Source: a bacterium
Lineage (GTDB): Bacteria > Arandabacterota > Arandabacteria > Arandabacterales > JALGWA01
DNA length: 29,929 nt
Assembly (NCBI GenBank): GCA_050125095.1
Contig: JASFEA010000019.1
Location: forward strand, 1-29,929
Direction of reading: 5' to 3'
Part shown: piece after piece, positions 26,806 to 29,929 of the stretch
Layout: each line of letters opens with the position of its first letter
Numbering within the stretch: the stretch's first letter is position 1
Translations under genes and position numbers: made by a program
The notes under the pieces: model-generated
Seen by the model: the letters and a program-made list of their open reading frames with translations, nothing else
The model's database searches: none
What the model was told of the DNA's origin: nothing

Positions 26806-29800
26806 ATGAAGAGAGGCATACTGCTACTGCTGGTGGCGACGGTCGCCTTGAGTGCCGCGGCCTACGCCAAGCCTACGGCAGTGCTCGGCCCGGGTCTGGG
26901 TACCGGTAGGACTCCCTACCATCAGAACTATGACCGGGTGCTCTCCGCTGACACGACTTACTTTCTGACGGGTCTTTACTACGTGGACTCCACGTACGCA
27001 ATCACGATTCCCGCGGGCACGGTTGTCAAGGGCGACACGGCGGCTACCCTGATCATAAAGAGGGGAGCCCAGATATTCGCCAACGGCGAGGCCGGAGACC
27101 CGATTGTCTTCACGAGCATGAAGCCCGCCGGCCAGCGCGCCCGTGGCGACTGGGGCGGCGTGGTCATCCTCGGTGAGGCCCCGGTCAACCAGGTCAACCC
27201 TGTCATCGAGGGCGGCATCATCGAGGGCACCTATGGCGGAAACGTCTCTGACGACAACAGCGGTGTTTTCAAGTACGTCAGGATCGATTTCCCCGGCTAC
27301 AGGTTCCAGCTGAACAATGAAATCAACGGCCTAACCATGGGAGGCGTCGGCAGCGGCACCGAGCTTCACCACGTGCAGGTGAGCTACTCGTTCGACGACT
27401 CCTACGAGTGGTTCGGCGGCACCGTAAACGCCAAGTACCTGGTGGCGTTCGGCGGCACCGACGACGAGTTCGACACCGACTTCGGTTACTCGGGCAAGGT
27501 CCAGTGGTGCTTCGGCATGAGGGACATGACCGTATGGGATCCCAACGGCGAGTCCAACGGCTTCGAGTCGGATAACGAAGGCTCTTCGCCTTACACCTCG
27601 AAGCCCCTCACAAAGCCCGTGTTCTCAAACGTGACACTGGTGGGTCCCGAGCGTACCGACGCGTGGGTGGGGAACCTTCCGCCCGGCCACAGGTTCCAGT
27701 TCGGCTCGGTTCTCCGTCGCAATACGCAGACCTCGATCTACAACTCCTGCATCATGGGCTACCCCTGGGGCATGAGCCTGCGTGACGACTCGACCAAGGC
27801 TTCCTGCGCCGCCGACATACTGCAGCTCAAGCAGACCAACTACCAGGCGAGCAGCATTCCCTCCGGCTCGAGCCATATCCACCAGGAGACCAGGTGGCCC
27901 GTGACCGACCCGATTCCGCCGGGAGTGCTCGCGTGGATCAACACGGTCGGCTACGGCAACCAGGATTCGAACGGCGCGGCCGGCAGCCCGAGTATGCCGA
28001 GCTACATCATGCTCACCGACCTGAACGACTTCAACAATCCGGACCCCCGGCCGATGGCGGGCTCGCCCCTCTTGACCAACGGCACCAACTACTCTTATCC
28101 GAAGCTTCAGGACGCGTTCTTCGATTCAGTGGACTACCGCGGCGCGTTCGATCCCAACCTTCCGATGGATCAGCAGTGGACGGCGGATTTCGCGTGCTTC
28201 GACCCTCAGGGCTGGGACGAGACACCTCCACAGGAATGCGGCGTGGTCCTGGGCCCGGGTCTCGGCTCGGGTAGGACGCCTTACCATCAGAACTTCGACA
28301 GGGCGCTCTCGCCGGATACGCTCTACTATCTGACGGGTCTGTACTATGTCGACTCGACTTACTCGATCACGATTCCCGCCGGCACGGTGGTTCGCGGCGA
28401 CACGGCAGCCACTCTCGTCATAAAGAGGGGCGCCAAGATCTACGCGACCGGCACCCCGACCAAGCCCGTGGTCTTCACGAGTCTCAAGGATGAAGGCCAG
28501 CGCGCCCGCGGCGACTGGGGCGGCGTGGTCATACTCGGCGAGGCTCCGGTCAACCAGGTTAACCCGGTTATCGAGGGCGGCATCATCGAGGGTTCCTACG
28601 GCGGAAACGTGGCCAACGACAACAGCGGAATCTTCAAGTACTGCCGGATCGAATTCCCCGGTTACAGGTTCCAGCTAAACAATGAGATCAACGGTCTCAC
28701 CATGGGAGGCGTCGGCAGCGAAACCGAGCTTCATCACGTTCAGGTGAGTTACGCGTTCGACGACTCCTACGAGTGGTTCGGCGGGACCGTCAACGCCAAG
28801 TACCTGGTCGCGTTCGGCGGCACCGACGACGAGTTCGACACGGATTTCGGCTACTCGGGCAAGGTCCAGTACGCGTTCGGCCTTAAGGACCCTACGAACT
28901 GGGATCCCAACGGCGAGTCCAACGGCTTCGAGTCGGACAACGAGGGCTCTTCGCCTTACACCTCGAAGCCCCTGACCAAGCCCGTGTTCTCTAACGTGAC
29001 ACTGGTGGGCCCCGAGCGCGTCGACACTCTGGTCAACAACCTTCCGCCCGGCCACAGGTTCCAGTTCGGCTCGGTTCTCCGTCGCAACACGCAGACCTCA
29101 ATCTACAACTCCTGTATCATGGGTTATCCCTGGGGCATGAGCCTGCGTGACGACTCGACCAAGGCTTCAGCCGCTGCCGACATTCTGCAGCTTAAGCAGA
29201 CCAACTACCAGGCGAGCGGGATCCCCTCCGGATCGACACATATCCACCAGGAGACCAGGTGGCCCGCGACCGACCCGATTCCGCCGGGAGTGCTCGCGTG
29301 GATCAACACGGTCGGCTACGGCAACCAGGATTCGAACGGCGCGGCCGGCAGCCCGAGCATGCCGAGCTACATCATGCTCACAAACATGCATGACCTCAAC
29401 AATCCGGACCCCAGGCCGATGGCCGGTTCTCCGCTCTTGACCAACGGTACCTTCTACGGCTATCCGAAGCTGCAGGATGCGTTCTTCGACAGCGTATCGT
29501 ACCGGGGCGCGTTCGACCCGAACCTGCCTATGGACAAGCAGTGGACAGCCAACTGGACCAACTTCAATCCGAATGGTGAAGTCTACTACGCCGGCGTCGA
29601 CGTGGACACCGAAGGCCCGGCTCCGGCCACCACCAGGTTCCTGGCCCAGAACTATCCCAACCCGTTCAGTCCCTCGACAACCATCCGGTTCAGCATTCCC
29701 ACGACCGGACATGTCTCCCTCAAGGTCTACAACGTGAATGGTCAGGAAGTCTCGACCCTCGTTGATGAGGTGATGGCGCCGGGAACGTTCCAGACGACAT

Positions 29801-29892
29801 TCCGCACCGATGGCGTCGCCCCGGGCACTTACTTCTACTGCCTCAAGGGTAACGGGTTCAACGAGACGCGTAAGATGGTCGTCCTCAAGTAA
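26806..29892 (+). CDS. 1028-aa exported protein: two tandem beta-helix-like domains plus T9SS type-A/FlgD-Ig C-terminal sorting domain
   Basis: ATG 26806 with GAGGAGG RBS; signal peptide; two copies of GDWGGVVILG, DNSG.FKY.RI.FPG, NEINGLTMGGVGS, DDSYEWFGGTV; C-terminus LAQNYPNPFSPSTTIRF...GTYFY...RKMVVLK. Confidence 0.88.
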   Translation: MKRGILLLLVATVALSAAAYAKPTAVLGPGLGTGRTPYHQNYDRVLSADTTYFLTGLYYVDSTYAITIPAGTVVKGDTAATLIIKRGAQIFANGEAGDPIVFTSMKPAGQRARGDWGGVVILGEAPVNQVNPVIEGGIIEGTYGGNVSDDNSGVFKYVRIDFPGYRFQLNNEINGLTMGGVGSGTELHHVQVSYSFDDSYEWFGGTVNAKYLVAFGGTDDEFDTDFGYSGKVQWCFGMRDMTVWDPNGESNGFESDNEGSSPYTSKPLTKPVFSNVTLVGPERTDAWVGNLPPGHRFQFGSVLRRNTQTSIYNSCIMGYPWGMSLRDDSTKASCAADILQLKQTNYQASSIPSGSSHIHQETRWPVTDPIPPGVLAWINTVGYGNQDSNGAAGSPSMPSYIMLTDLNDFNNPDPRPMAGSPLLTNGTNYSYPKLQDAFFDSVDYRGAFDPNLPMDQQWTADFACFDPQGWDETPPQECGVVLGPGLGSGRTPYHQNFDRALSPDTLYYLTGLYYVDSTYSITIPAGTVVRGDTAATLVIKRGAKIYATGTPTKPVVFTSLKDEGQRARGDWGGVVILGEAPVNQVNPVIEGGIIEGSYGGNVANDNSGIFKYCRIEFPGYRFQLNNEINGLTMGGVGSETELHHVQVSYAFDDSYEWFGGTVNAKYLVAFGGTDDEFDTDFGYSGKVQYAFGLKDPTNWDPNGESNGFESDNEGSSPYTSKPLTKPVFSNVTLVGPERVDTLVNNLPPGHRFQFGSVLRRNTQTSIYNSCIMGYPWGMSLRDDSTKASAAADILQLKQTNYQASGIPSGSTHIHQETRWPATDPIPPGVLAWINTVGYGNQDSNGAAGSPSMPSYIMLTNMHDLNNPDPRPMAGSPLLTNGTFYGYPKLQDAFFDSVSYRGAFDPNLPMDKQWTANWTNFNPNGEVYYAGVDVDTEGPAPATTRFLAQNYPNPFSPSTTIRFSIPTTGHVSLKVYNVNGQEVSTLVDEVMAPGTFQTTFRTDGVAPGTYFYCLKGNGFNETRKMVVLK
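26881..29571 (+). repeat. Intragenic direct duplication, period 1365 bp (copy 1 26881-28206, copy 2 28246-29571)
   Basis: Constant 1365-nt offset checked at 26881/28246, 27541/28906, 28036/29401 and 28198/29563. Confidence 0.97.
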
Positions 29893-29929
29893 GTATGGCC
29901 TCTTGAGAAAGTCCGCGGAGCCCCACCAC

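Noticed and set aside
26881-29571. Duplication as a diversity-generating retroelement TR/VR pair
   Set aside because: Repeat is too long, both copies are in-frame coding, differences are not adenine-specific, and no reverse transcriptase is present.

Overview
GC-rich (roughly 60%) chromosomal DNA from a probably anaerobic, diderm bacterium. A T9SS/FlgD-like C-terminal domain, a TWGxIKALYR C-terminus and cohesin/dockerin-like proteins point to an Eisenbacteria/Krumholzibacteriota/Latescibacterota-like FCB-related lineage (inference). The left part (1-8750) holds secreted proteins, a His-type Thi4, a secreted alpha/beta hydrolase, a beta-propeller lipoprotein and a perR-rbr-dfx-ferritin operon with two Fur/Per boxes. 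The rest (8810-29892) is one ~21 kb phosphate-starvation island. On the minus strand it carries a small Cys-rich ORF, a porin, pstSCAB-phoU, phoB/phoR and a six-gene DUF3450/TtpC-ExbB-ExbD-TonB-TPR energizer. Divergently it carries a TonB-dependent receptor, a Cys-rich dockerin-like protein and a 1028-aa exported beta-helix-like protein built from an exact 1365-bp internal duplication. Main observation: three promoters (pst operon, TonB operon, receptor operon) share the same geometry of 4-5 TTAAC-like repeats at 11-bp period, then 10 nt, then TACAAT. This suggests the TonB-dependent uptake and surface-protein module belongs to the Pho regulon, i.e. a candidate uncharacterized phosphorus-scavenging system. 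No mobile elements, CRISPR arrays, rRNA or tRNA were seen.
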